DNA of 64,000 nt from Chloroflexota bacterium (lineage in GTDB: Bacteria; Chloroflexota; Dehalococcoidia; Lucifugimonadales; UBA3495). This document shows positions 46,515 to 55,967 of the stretch, one piece after another (position 1 is the first letter of the stretch; each line of letters begins with the position of its first letter). Made by a program: the position numbers and the translations under genes. The DNA lies in NCBI GenBank assembly GCA_027623675.1, contig JAQBVF010000006.1:59919-123918 (forward strand), given 5' to 3'. The notes under the pieces are model-generated. The model saw nothing but the letters and a program-made list of their open reading frames with translations. It was not told the DNA's origin and ran no database searches.

Positions 46515-49223
46515 TTAACGCTGCTCGTCCGGTTTCAGGTTGAACAGGTAGTAGTCGCCGGTGAACCAGTCTTGTTTCAGGTCCCGGAATATCCAGTAAG
46601 CTAAGGCGTTGCGCCAAGCGCCTTTGCTGGTTGCGACGTCTTTGAAGAAGTCCAAGTCTTTCTTGAATTCGTCCTTCCACTCCTCGTCCGGGCGCGCCTC
46701 GGACGGGCGGCGGTAGGTCTCGGGGAACCAGAGCAGACTGTTCAGGGCTTCGCTCTTCTCGTAGTCTTGCAACTCCGCTCCGTTCCGGCTGGCATGGGCC
46801 GACGTAAGCATCAACATGGTGGGCCGGAAAGCGCCCTCTTCCGGCACTTGCTTAAGGGAATTGCAGCCGGCGTTGAAATCGTCATCGTTGTCATCCTTGA
46901 AGCAGGTGAAGCGAAGCTGTCCCTTCGATTCGACGTTCCGCACGTACCATTGGAAGGGATACCACACGTCATAATCAACCTCCACCGCCCGGCGGGGCGT
47001 CAGGTTCAAGGGAGGGCTGTCACCGTCCGGAGTGCCGGCCGAGAACACGGCGTCGTCCATCTGTCTGAACGTTTCCATCAGATCGGACCCGCCCTGAGCA
47101 TAGACCAGGAACTCGCGTTTGGAGTCGTCGAAGGTGTAACTGGCCCGGAGCGCGCCCCAGGCCCCGAACCCCAACAGCAGGGCCGCAATGCCCAGTGCCG
47201 CCAAAGCTCCACCGCCGGCGGGCGTAGTCCCTCGGACCAGGTAGGCGGCTATGACCATCACCACGGCTGTACCGGCCAGCACGGCCCAATGCCGGGCGTT
47301 CAACCCGTCCGCTGCGCCGCCGGTATAGGCGTACAGGACAAACAGCCCGCCAAGGACCGACAAGGGAACCAGGAAGAACAAGGCAGCCGCTCCCCGGCGC
47401 AGGGCCAGGTCCCAGCGGACCGGCTCGGCCAACTCACCCAGGAACTTGGCCGACAGAAAGATCAGCGGCAGGGTGATGTTCACCAGGAGCCAGGGCATCT
47501 TCTCGCTGGCCACGGTGTAAGCCAGGAAGGTGATGGCGGCCCACATGGTCAAGGCCAGGCCCAGGACGTCGCCCCTCTTGATGAAGTAGACCGCTGCGGC
47601 GATGCCGAACACCAACGGCAGCAGCTCATAGATCGGGAGGCCCACGAAGTAGTAATACCAGGGCTGGTTGCCCCGGGCCACATCCTGCTGGGCCACCCAG
47701 TATCCCATGCCCTGCCAAGAGCCGCTAAAAACGCCGGAGAACTGGGTGAAGAGCGTCGTATAGAGCGCGGTCCAGATCAGATAGAAGATGGCAGCGCAGA
47801 CCAGCCACGCCCCACCCAGCCAGCACACGCCCAGGACGACGGAGACCAAGATCGTGCCAAGCAATATCCCCAACGCCACCACATAGTTGGTGGGCAGCCC
47901 GTTGGCGGCGGCCCCGATCGCGACCTCGCTGGGCAAGATGCCGTCGACCACCGCCTGAAGGTCCAGCACGGGGGTGAACAGAACGGCATAAAGGGCTGTT
48001 GCGGCCGCCGGCGCCGACAGCAACAATACGCTTCTCTGTACCGGATACCGGTGATAGGCCAATGTGAATACCGCGCCCGCCAGAAGCAAGACCGCCAACG
48101 TTAGGTCAAAAGCCGGGACGCCTCCCGTGTTCACGGCGTCGGCCACCGGGCGGTAGAGCAGCAGCGCCACCCCGGCTGTCACGGCCAGTGGCGCTCCGGC
48201 CAAACAACTGAGTCTCGGGGTCGACAGCGGGCCTTTGCGGACCAGCCACGCCAGTATGGCCAGACCCAACACGACCACCGCGATGTGGATGCCGATGGCG
48301 AGGTCTTGCACCGGCAGCAGCAGCGTGCTTCCCTCCCAAGCCGGAGCCCCGACCAGACCCGGGGTGCCGTCTACGTTGGCCACGTTGGCGCCGGTGCTCG
48401 GGTCCGGGTTGACCAACGTCAGCCCAAGTGATCCCTGGAAGAGCCCGGAGACGGCAGACCATTGGGGCAGGGTCAGCGTCGTCAACAGCAGGAAGAACCC
48501 GGCGGGAGGGCCCACCTGCGACAGCCGGACCCGGCCCAGCGCCCACGGCAAAAAGTCGCTTACGGACAATAGCAGAGTCATCAGTCCGAACACGGCGACC
48601 ACCAGGTAGGCGGTCTCCTTGGTGGCGAACATGACGGCCAGAACGGCCGAAGCCAGGTAAAGGTAACGGCGGTGTCCTTCGTTCATATAGCGCCACATCA
48701 GGACCAGCAGCGACGCCGCGAAGAAGGCCATGATGATGTCGTTGCGCCCGAAGCGGCTGAAATATAAGAGCGAGGGCGATAGGGTCAGCATCACCGCCGC
48801 CAGGAACGCGCCGCCGCGGCCCATGTAATCCCGGAAGAAGTAGGGCACGGCCACCAACGCCGTTCCGAATAGGGCGTAGCCCAGCCGTGCGGTGAAGTCA
48901 GTGTCGCCAAAGATGCGGAATATCAGCGAGGTTAATTCGATCTGGAACGGGCCGTGCATCCAGGGCGAGTGGATATAGTCGGTGCCAAACACCCAGGGCC
49001 AGCCCAAGAAAGCGCCGCTGCTCTCCGCCAGTCGCCAGGCGAAGTGAAGGTGGATCGCCTCGTCGTAATGGACGGTGCGGCCGCCCAACTCCCAGAGCCG
49101 CATGACCAGCGCCGCGGCCACCACGGCCAGGAACCCGGCTTCCAGCCAGCCAAAGGTGCGGTCTGCCCAGAGCCGTTGAACCAACGTCAGTGAAGCGGGA
49201 GATTGTTTTCTCGCGCCGTTCAT
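46515..49223 (-). CDS. TIGR03663/Agl23-like GT-C membrane glycosyltransferase
   Basis: RLWELG..HYDEAIH, HGPF, YFSRFGRND, ATKE, YWVAQQDVARGNQPWYYY, EKMPWL, LVYAQ. Confidence 0.82.
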   Translation of the reverse strand: MNGARKQSPASLTLVQRLWADRTFGWLEAGFLAVVAAALVMRLWELGGRTVHYDEAIHLHFAWRLAESSGAFLGWPWVFGTDYIHSPWMHGPFQIELTSLIFRIFGDTDFTARLGYALFGTALVAVPYFFRDYMGRGGAFLAAVMLTLSPSLLYFSRFGRNDIIMAFFAASLLVLMWRYMNEGHRRYLYLASAVLAVMFATKETAYLVVAVFGLMTLLLSVSDFLPWALGRVRLSQVGPPAGFFLLLTTLTLPQWSAVSGLFQGSLGLTLVNPDPSTGANVANVDGTPGLVGAPAWEGSTLLLPVQDLAIGIHIAVVVLGLAILAWLVRKGPLSTPRLSCLAGAPLAVTAGVALLLYRPVADAVNTGGVPAFDLTLAVLLLAGAVFTLAYHRYPVQRSVLLLSAPAAATALYAVLFTPVLDLQAVVDGILPSEVAIGAAANGLPTNYVVALGILLGTILVSVVLGVCWLGGAWLVCAAIFYLIWTALYTTLFTQFSGVFSGSWQGMGYWVAQQDVARGNQPWYYYFVGLPIYELLPLVFGIAAAVYFIKRGDVLGLALTMWAAITFLAYTVASEKMPWLLVNITLPLIFLSAKFLGELAEPVRWDLALRRGAAALFFLVPLSVLGGLFVLYAYTGGAADGLNARHWAVLAGTAVVMVIAAYLVRGTTPAGGGALAALGIAALLLGFGAWGALRASYTFDDSKREFLVYAQGGSDLMETFRQMDDAVFSAGTPDGDSPPLNLTPRRAVEVDYDVWYPFQWYVRNVESKGQLRFTCFKDDNDDDFNAGCNSLKQVPEEGAFRPTMLMLTSAHASRNGAELQDYEKSEALNSLLWFPETYRRPSEARPDEEWKDEFKKDLDFFKDVATSKGAWRNALAYWIFRDLKQDWFTGDYYLFNLKPDEQR

Positions 49224-51616
49224 CTATCTTTAACCGTGAATCGGACCATCTCGTAGACTATTACGCCGTCTTGCTCGAAGGCGGTTCTCAGGAAGCCACT
49301 TGGATCGGCGAACCCAGCCAGGTTTTCGCCGCCGTAGGCCGCACGCTCCCGCGAGCCCAGGTAAACGTATCGCACATCGTAGTTGTTCAGCAACCGCGAC
49401 ACCTCTTGGGAATCGCCACTGCTGAAGATGGTCCTCACGTCGTCCTCCCGGCCCTGGAAGGACAGCGAACTTCGCCACTGCAATTCGTGACCCTTCCAGC
49501 CCAGGACCGTGGGGAGACCGGTGCTGGAGGATATGCGGGCGGCGTCGGTGTAGTCGTCCCCCACGGCCTCCACGATTCGGCCCCAAGGAGCGTCGTCCCT
49601 CAGCCACCGGACCGCGGCGTACTCGGGCTGCGGCAGAAAGGCCAGTCCGTCCAGGGTGTTGTCGTCCAGCGTGTGCCCTTCGCGCAGGACGCCGGTGCGG
49701 TCAAGGACCGCACCCACCGGGTAGTAGAAAGAGGCCACCAACAGGAATGCAGCCGCTCCGGCCCAGAGGTAGCGTCCGGCGCGCAGATACCCGCCCAGCG
49801 CGCCTGGCATCCGCACCGGGGACCTGACCGACCATAGGAAATACAAGCCGTAGGACCCGACGATGCCCAGCAGCAGCCACGCCTGATAGTAGGTCTTGAA
49901 GACGGTGTTCATACGCCGGAAACCGCCGCCGAACTGGTCAACCACGTAGAATAACTCCGCGCCGGCCAAGAGGTAGAAGGCCATCGCCGCCAGCAAGAGC
50001 GAGAAGGCCGTGGCCGGTCCCAAGCTGAGCTTGGTCCGCTGCATGGCGCTGAAACCGGCCAACGCCACCAGGGCCAACGCCGGGACGGCCAGTGTCGTCC
50101 GGCCTCCCACTTCACCGAAGGCCGCTTTCGCGCCGTCGTCGATCCAGGTGATGAAGAATGCCAGCCCGGCCCAGACCAGGAACGGGACCGAAGCCACGAT
50201 CATGACCAGGACCGCCGCCGGGGAATCGTCGTTGGAGGGCCGTTTCAGGCCGGAGACCTGGCGGAAGAGGAACGTGACCGCCAGAAGTATGAAAGGCCCC
50301 ATGACCAGGAACAGCAAGAAGGGCCTGGTATTGACCTCGCGCAGCGGCAGGATGCCCGAGGTCTGCGCATCAAAGTCCCGGTAGAACGGCAGGAATAAGC
50401 CCACGGCCAGGAGCAATACGGGCGCGGCCACGGCGGCGGCGCTCAGCGCTGCTTTGCCCATGCTTCCGGGGTGGTTACCGTAGGACTTGACCAGCGCCGC
50501 GGCGACCAAGACGGCGGCGACGACCGGCAGGTCCCAGATGTTGATGAAGGCCAGTGATCCGATGAACAGGGCGATGGCCGCCGACTCAACCGGGTTGTCC
50601 TTCAACCAAGCCGGCCCCAGTCTATCCGGGGACAGGAATAGGTTGAGGGTCAGACCCAGGCCCAGTATCACGAACGGCAGGCTGGTAACGTGCGGGTGCA
50701 GGTCGCCCAGGATGAAACTGAAGATGGGGAACTCGGTGATGGTGTAGTCCAAGCTCTGCCCGCCGGAGAGCGTGTCGATAACCCGGCTGGCCCGGAACCA
50801 CCACCACTGGTTGTCGGGGAAGACGCCAGGTCCCGTTTCCGCCCCCGTCAGGCCCTTGATGCCCACCCAATCCCAAAAACCGCTGCCGCCCCAGCCCTGG
50901 AGGTTCACGAACTCCATGGCCCCTTCCAGGTTTCCAGCCAGCAGTATGAGCGCCGGGGCCAAGCCGCCGAAGACGATCCCGGCCTTGAGACTCCCTCCCG
51001 ACAGCCGCACCAGGTTGTACACCAGACCAAAGGCCCCGGCAGCCGCCAGCGCCGGCACGAGAGACAGGCCCAGGTTGTAGCCCACGCTGGATGCCACGCC
51101 GGTCAACTTGGTCAGAAAGGCCATCATGAAATGGCCGAAGTAGTAGTAGCTTATGGGGTTCCCGGAGAGCCAGGGGTCTTCGGGCGGGAAGTACCGGCTC
51201 TGCAACACCGCGTTCATGAACCCGAAGTCCATGGGCTTCTCGGTGTGGTTGATGGCCGGGACTTCGGAGACGATGCCCAGCCACATCAGGAAGAAACCTA
51301 AGAAAAGGATTTCAGCGGCAACCAGCATGGGCCAGTTGTGGCGCGCAAAGTCTTTGATGGCGCTCCAGTTGCGGCGGAATAGGAACGCGCTGGGGAGGGC
51401 GGACACCGCCAGTACCAGGGTGATGGTCAGTTGGGTGTTGGGAGCGATATGGGACAGGCCCAGGACCCAGAGGACGTAGGAGAAGAAGACCATGGCCGCG
51501 GGTTTGGCCAGGGTGAACCCACGGTCGGGGAGCCGCCGGAAGAGCACGAACGCCGCCGGGAAGGCCAGGAGGCCCAGTACCTGCACGGCGATGTACCAGC
51601 TTAGGGACTCTAGCAA
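49220..51616 (-). CDS. DUF2298 (YYY-motif) membrane protein
   Basis: EKPMDFGFMNA, PPEDPWLSG..SYYYFGH, ITEFPIFSF..GDLHPH, RMNTVFKTY, TGLPTVLGW. Confidence 0.88.
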   Translation of the reverse strand: MLESLSWYIAVQVLGLLAFPAAFVLFRRLPDRGFTLAKPAAMVFFSYVLWVLGLSHIAPNTQLTITLVLAVSALPSAFLFRRNWSAIKDFARHNWPMLVAAEILFLGFFLMWLGIVSEVPAINHTEKPMDFGFMNAVLQSRYFPPEDPWLSGNPISYYYFGHFMMAFLTKLTGVASSVGYNLGLSLVPALAAAGAFGLVYNLVRLSGGSLKAGIVFGGLAPALILLAGNLEGAMEFVNLQGWGGSGFWDWVGIKGLTGAETGPGVFPDNQWWWFRASRVIDTLSGGQSLDYTITEFPIFSFILGDLHPHVTSLPFVILGLGLTLNLFLSPDRLGPAWLKDNPVESAAIALFIGSLAFINIWDLPVVAAVLVAAALVKSYGNHPGSMGKAALSAAAVAAPVLLLAVGLFLPFYRDFDAQTSGILPLREVNTRPFLLFLVMGPFILLAVTFLFRQVSGLKRPSNDDSPAAVLVMIVASVPFLVWAGLAFFITWIDDGAKAAFGEVGGRTTLAVPALALVALAGFSAMQRTKLSLGPATAFSLLLAAMAFYLLAGAELFYVVDQFGGGFRRMNTVFKTYYQAWLLLGIVGSYGLYFLWSVRSPVRMPGALGGYLRAGRYLWAGAAAFLLVASFYYPVGAVLDRTGVLREGHTLDDNTLDGLAFLPQPEYAAVRWLRDDAPWGRIVEAVGDDYTDAARISSSTGLPTVLGWKGHELQWRSSLSFQGREDDVRTIFSSGDSQEVSRLLNNYDVRYVYLGSRERAAYGGENLAGFADPSGFLRTAFEQDGVIVYEMVRFTVKDR

Positions 51617-51674
51617 GATGTTTCCGCCAAGTGGCCGTGGTCAGCAAATAGTGCGCCGGAGGGACGGAAAGGGG

Positions 51675-52631
51675 TCAGGAGACAGGGGCCAGCAGCGATT
51701 CCACAAAGTCCCGAGTGTCGAAGGGGGCCAGGTCCGAGACCTTCTCGCCGGTCCCGATGAAGAGGATCGGAACCTTGAGCTCCCGGTTGATGGCGAGCAC
51801 GATCCCGCCCCGCGCCGTTCCGTCCAATTTTGCCAGGAAGATTCCGGTACAATCTACTGCTTCCTTGAACGACTTGGCCTGCGCCAGGCCGTTTAAGCCG
51901 GTGGTGGCGTCGAGCGTAAGTATCACCTGGTGGGGCGCTTTGGCCTCCAACCGGGCCAGCACCCGGTGGACCTTGCGCAGCTCCTCCATCAGGTTGGACT
52001 TGGTGTGCAGCCGGCCTGCGGTGTCGATGATCAGCACGTCGGCCTGCCGGGCGGTGGCGGCCTGGTAGGCGTCGTAGGCCACCGCGCCGGGGTCGGCGCC
52101 AGACTCGTGCCTGATAACATCTACGCCGATCTGCTTGCCCAGGATCTCCAACTGCTCGGCGGCGGCGGCCCGGAACGTGTCTGCCGCGCCCAATACCACC
52201 TTCTTGCCATCCTGGGTGAAGTGGTGGGCCAGCTTGGCGATGCTGGTGGTCTTGCCCACGCCGTTCACACCCACCATCAGTATCACATAAGGCCCAGTGA
52301 CCTCACTATCGTCCATCCAGACGGATTCTGCGTTTTCGGTCGACATGCCGGCCACCAGGGTATCTTTCAGCGACTGGAAAACCTCGTCGCCTGACTCGAG
52401 CTTGCGCTCTTTCACCGTGGACTTCAGGTCTTCGATGATGCTCAATGCGGTGTCCACGCCGACGTCCGAGGAGATCAGTATCTCCTCAAGCTCTTCCCAA
52501 AGGGCGTCGTCCAATTTGGATGACCGGAGCACGCCCAAGATCCGCCCGAACCACCGCTCGCGGCTGGGCTTGACCGCGTCCTGGGTGTGTTCAATGTCCT
52601 GTTGGCGGTTGCGTTTGAAGAATCTGAGCAT
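51675..52631 (-). CDS. ftsY: Signal recognition particle receptor FtsY
   Basis: [40 protein letters not shown]. Confidence 0.97.
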   Translation of the reverse strand: MLRFFKRNRQQDIEHTQDAVKPSRERWFGRILGVLRSSKLDDALWEELEEILISSDVGVDTALSIIEDLKSTVKERKLESGDEVFQSLKDTLVAGMSTENAESVWMDDSEVTGPYVILMVGVNGVGKTTSIAKLAHHFTQDGKKVVLGAADTFRAAAAEQLEILGKQIGVDVIRHESGADPGAVAYDAYQAATARQADVLIIDTAGRLHTKSNLMEELRKVHRVLARLEAKAPHQVILTLDATTGLNGLAQAKSFKEAVDCTGIFLAKLDGTARGGIVLAINRELKVPILFIGTGEKVSDLAPFDTRDFVESLLAPVS

Positions 52632-52708
52632 CTATCGTCCTGATGGTTGGGTCTGGAGTGAATCTGCCGGATGGGTGTCGCTGAATTGCCGTGGGATCGG
52701 CCGTGGGA

Positions 52709-53461
52709 TCAGACGTTGCCGGAGAGGGCGGCCAGAGCGGCCCGCGCCGCGGCGCTCTCGGCGTCCGATTTCTTGCCGCCGTTGCCGGTGCCCACAACCT
52801 GGTCGTTGACCAGGACTTCGATGGTGAACACCGGCCCGTGGTCGGGGCCTTCGCTGCCCACGGTCCGGTACTTGGGCGGGTTCAAGCCCTGGCTTTGGAC
52901 CAATTCTTGCAGCAGGGACTTTGGGTTCTCGGGAGGGCCGCCCGCCTGTTCCACCTGGTCAAGTTCCAGATCGAACAGCCGCAGGACCATCTGGCGGGTG
53001 AACTCGTTGCCCTGGTCCAGGTAGACCGCGGCGATCAGAGCCTCGAATGCTGCTGCCAATACCGAATCTTGTTGGCGTCCGCCGGTGCTTTCCACACCCT
53101 TGCCCACTAGCAAGCAGCCACCCAGACCGATGCGCCGGGCGATCTGGGCCAGCGTTTCGCGGCGGACCAACGACGAGCGTATCTTGGTTAGCTCACCCTC
53201 GTCGGCGTCGGGAAAACGGCGGTAAAGTTCGGTGGAGACCGATAGCTCCAGGACGGCGTCGCCGAGGAACTCCAGCCGTTCGTAGGACTCTATTGGGTCG
53301 AGGCCGTTCTCATTGCAGTAGGAAGGGTGCACCAGGGCCAAACGCATCAGGCTGGGGTCCCGGAACGGGAACCCCAGCACTGATTCAATCGCCTTGACCG
53401 ATTCTAAGGCCGCCTTGGCGGAGGCCCCGGATGCGAAATGGTTGTCTCTAGATGACACCAT
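52709..53461 (-). CDS. rnc: Ribonuclease III
   Basis: ALVHPS, ERLEFLGDAVL, FEALIAAVYLDQG, dsRBD (PKSLLQE, GPDH, KKSDAE). Start uncertain. Confidence 0.95.
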   Translation of the reverse strand: MVSSRDNHFASGASAKAALESVKAIESVLGFPFRDPSLMRLALVHPSYCNENGLDPIESYERLEFLGDAVLELSVSTELYRRFPDADEGELTKIRSSLVRRETLAQIARRIGLGGCLLVGKGVESTGGRQQDSVLAAAFEALIAAVYLDQGNEFTRQMVLRLFDLELDQVEQAGGPPENPKSLLQELVQSQGLNPPKYRTVGSEGPDHGPVFTIEVLVNDQVVGTGNGGKKSDAESAAARAALAALSGNV

Positions 53462-54080
53462 GAGGCCACGGTGGCTGAGGGCGCTTGAACTCGCCGACAT
53501 GGTCGAACTGGCTCATCGCCTTGGTCATCGTTTCGTAGATCTCGGTGGCCTGTTCATCCGGTGGGATGAACATCTTCAGGAAGGCGGCTTTGCCCTCGCC
53601 GAAGACGAAGGTCGGCACGCCGAACGCGCCGTGCTCTTCCACCGCAATGGTATGGGACTCGCCGATGTCCTTCAGCAGGTCGGGGTCAGCCTGGTCCTCG
53701 CGGAAGCGGGCCATGTCCAGTCCGGCTGCGATCGCGGCTTCTTCCATGACGGCCGGGTCCAGCAGGTCTTTCTTGTCTTCATGTCGGGCCCGGAGCAGGG
53801 TCATGAAGAAGGACTTGAATGCCGCTTCGCCCTGGCGCTTGGCGGCGAGGCCCGACATGTGGGCCAGGAAGGTCTTGTCGGTCCCGGCTATGACGTCGGG
53901 CAGTTCCCAAAGTTTAACGTCCGAGTCTTTGTCGCTGTTTACCTGGGCTAGGGAGAAGGGTTTCCAGTCAACGGCAATCTCCTTCCCCGTATCCTTTTCG
54001 ACTTTCGACAGCCACACGGCTGCGTTGTACACGAAGGGTCAACGGAAATCGTAGAAAGTTGTGAATTCGGCTTCGGCCAT
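53448..54080 (-). CDS. DsbA/FrnE-like thioredoxin-fold selenoprotein (Sec at TGA 54041-54039)
   Basis: GGAGG SD then ATG 54080: MAEAEFTTFYDFR-U-PFVYNAAVWL...WKPFSL...GAFGVPTFVF (cis-Pro loop), in frame with ORF 53448..54032. Confidence 0.88.
54004..54035 (-). promoter_or_regulatory. Candidate bacterial SECIS element
   Basis: Minus strand TTCG-tgtacaac-GCAGCC-GTGT-GGCTGT-CGAA starting 3 nt after the TGA. Confidence 0.7.
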
Positions 54081-54163
54081 CTTGCTACCTCCCAAAGGAC
54101 TCTGGCTCGCGCACGGACCCGCACGGCCGGGCAGCGCGCACCTTCGTCTATGCGCACGATTGG

Positions 54164-54192
54164 ATTGTAGCCACCAGCCTGATGGTTGTCAA
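54164..54192 (-). promoter_or_regulatory. Sigma70-type promoter upstream of the DsbA-like gene, rnc and ftsY
   Basis: TTGACA-17 nt-TACAAT. Confidence 0.7.
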
Positions 54193-54284
54193 AGCAACAA
54201 GGTCTGGATATTGACGTTTTCGGTCGGCGTTTTGGCGGATGAACCGATGCGGCGTCAGGCACGGTAAATCCATGGCCGCATGAT

Positions 54285-55595
54285 ATGATTCGGACTCCGG
54301 GTTTCTCCCCTTACAGGAGGCATATTACGCCTGATTCTTCCTCGAAACGCATCTCACTCGACGGGATCGCGGGCAGTGTCAGCGGCGGAATGTTGGCCGT
54401 GCTCGAATCCCTGCGCCGGCGTGCCGTGGCCGAGGGACTGCCGGTCTACCTGGTGGGCGGTCCGGTGCGGGACGCGTTGCTGCACGTTCCCGTGAAAGAC
54501 CTGGACTTCGTCCTGGAGGGCGCCGCACCCGCGCTGGCCGGTGAACTAGCCAATGAACTGGGCGGCTTCTTGACCGTGCACCCGCGCTTCGGCACCGCCA
54601 CCGTGGAGGTCCAGGGCGACCGGGTGGATATCGTGACCGCTCGGAAAGAGGCGTATCCCTTTCCCGGCTCACTTCCGGAGGTCTCGCCCAGCAGCCTCGA
54701 AGCCGATCTGGCGCGGCGGGATTTCTCCATCAACGCCATGGCGCTGCCCCTGTCGGTAGACGAACCCCTGGTCATCGACTTCCACGGCGGCGTGCGTGAC
54801 CTGGAGGACCAGACCATCCGTACCCTCCATCCGGGCAGCTTCACCGACGATCCGACTCGGATGCTCCGCGCCGTGCGGTATCAGCAGAGATTGGGGTTTG
54901 AGCTCGCCGAAAGCACGGCGGCGGAGTTGAAGGGGGCTTTGGCCGGCGGTCATGTGTCCGCGGTTACCGGAGACCGTTGGCGGCAGGAACTGCAAAGGAT
55001 ATTCGAAGAAGACCGGGCCGCCGGCATGCTGCTGCAAGCCATCGATTTGGGCGTGCTTCCAGCCATCCACCCGGCGCTTTCGGACGGCCAACACCTGATG
55101 CGTTTGGCGGAAGAGTCCGGCGTGGCATCGGAACCAGCCAATCATCTGGCCGCGCTGGCCGCGTCATTATCCCCAGCCGACGGCGACTCGGCCAGCCGGC
55201 GTTTGAACCTGCCCGGTCCCTGGGCGCGGGTGGTCCGTGATACCATTGCAGTTAGAGGAATATTGGCGGAAATCACCCCGTCACCCGCCGGTCATCCGGT
55301 CCAGCCATCGACCGTCTGCCGGCTGCTGAACGGGATGGATCTCCACGTTATCACGGCGATGACCCGGTTCTGGCCCGACCCTCAGGTTGTCGGCCAACTG
55401 GAGAAGTACCTGGCGGAATGGATGCAGATCACGCCGGAGTTGACCGGCGGCGACCTGCTGGCGATGGGCGTGCCTAGAGGTCCTGGACTGGGTGAGGCGC
55501 TGCGGGAGTTGGCCGCGGCCAAGCAGGACGGCCTCGCCGCCACCGTAGAGGCAGAGCGGGACCTGGTGAAACAGATCATCTCACGAGGGAGTTGA
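54285..55595 (+). CDS. cca: Class II tRNA nucleotidyltransferase (CCA-adding enzyme family)
   Basis: VGGPVRD, DLD, FGTA, DLARRDFSINAMA, SFTDDPTRMLRAVRY. Start uncertain. Confidence 0.88.
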   Translation: MIRTPGFSPYRRHITPDSSSKRISLDGIAGSVSGGMLAVLESLRRRAVAEGLPVYLVGGPVRDALLHVPVKDLDFVLEGAAPALAGELANELGGFLTVHPRFGTATVEVQGDRVDIVTARKEAYPFPGSLPEVSPSSLEADLARRDFSINAMALPLSVDEPLVIDFHGGVRDLEDQTIRTLHPGSFTDDPTRMLRAVRYQQRLGFELAESTAAELKGALAGGHVSAVTGDRWRQELQRIFEEDRAAGMLLQAIDLGVLPAIHPALSDGQHLMRLAEESGVASEPANHLAALAASLSPADGDSASRRLNLPGPWARVVRDTIAVRGILAEITPSPAGHPVQPSTVCRLLNGMDLHVITAMTRFWPDPQVVGQLEKYLAEWMQITPELTGGDLLAMGVPRGPGLGEALRELAAAKQDGLAATVEAERDLVKQIISRGS

Positions 55596-55605
55596 ACTCG
55601 AGAAA

Positions 55606-55851
55606 ATGGCAGAACAGACCGGCACTCCCGAGAATCTGGAGATCCCCGACAGCGAATTGGAATCCTGCGTTATCTGTGAACAGGCATTGGACGGCATTCA
55701 AGAGACTTCCTGCCAGATGTGCGGCGGCAAATTCCACCAGCCGTGGAGCCAGGATAGCGACGTGCCCCAATGCGGCCGCATCGGTAGCCACGAGGACGCC
55801 CTGGCCATCGTTTTTCTCTGCGACGACTGTTACTACGGACGCCGCCCCTAA
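55606..55851 (+). CDS. Small Cys-rich putative zinc-binding protein
   Basis: CVIC, CQMC..FH, C, LCDDC in 81 aa. Confidence 0.7.
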   Translation: MAEQTGTPENLEIPDSELESCVICEQALDGIQETSCQMCGGKFHQPWSQDSDVPQCGRIGSHEDALAIVFLCDDCYYGRRP

Positions 55852-55967
55852 CTGGCAACCAGCCCTTTTATCGACCGAATGAAAAGCCGAGAGCTGACAG
55901 CCGTTAGCTGATATCCCGTAAGGAACTTTGCCCCGTTAGGAATTTTACCCCCGTAAGGAAAGTTGCC

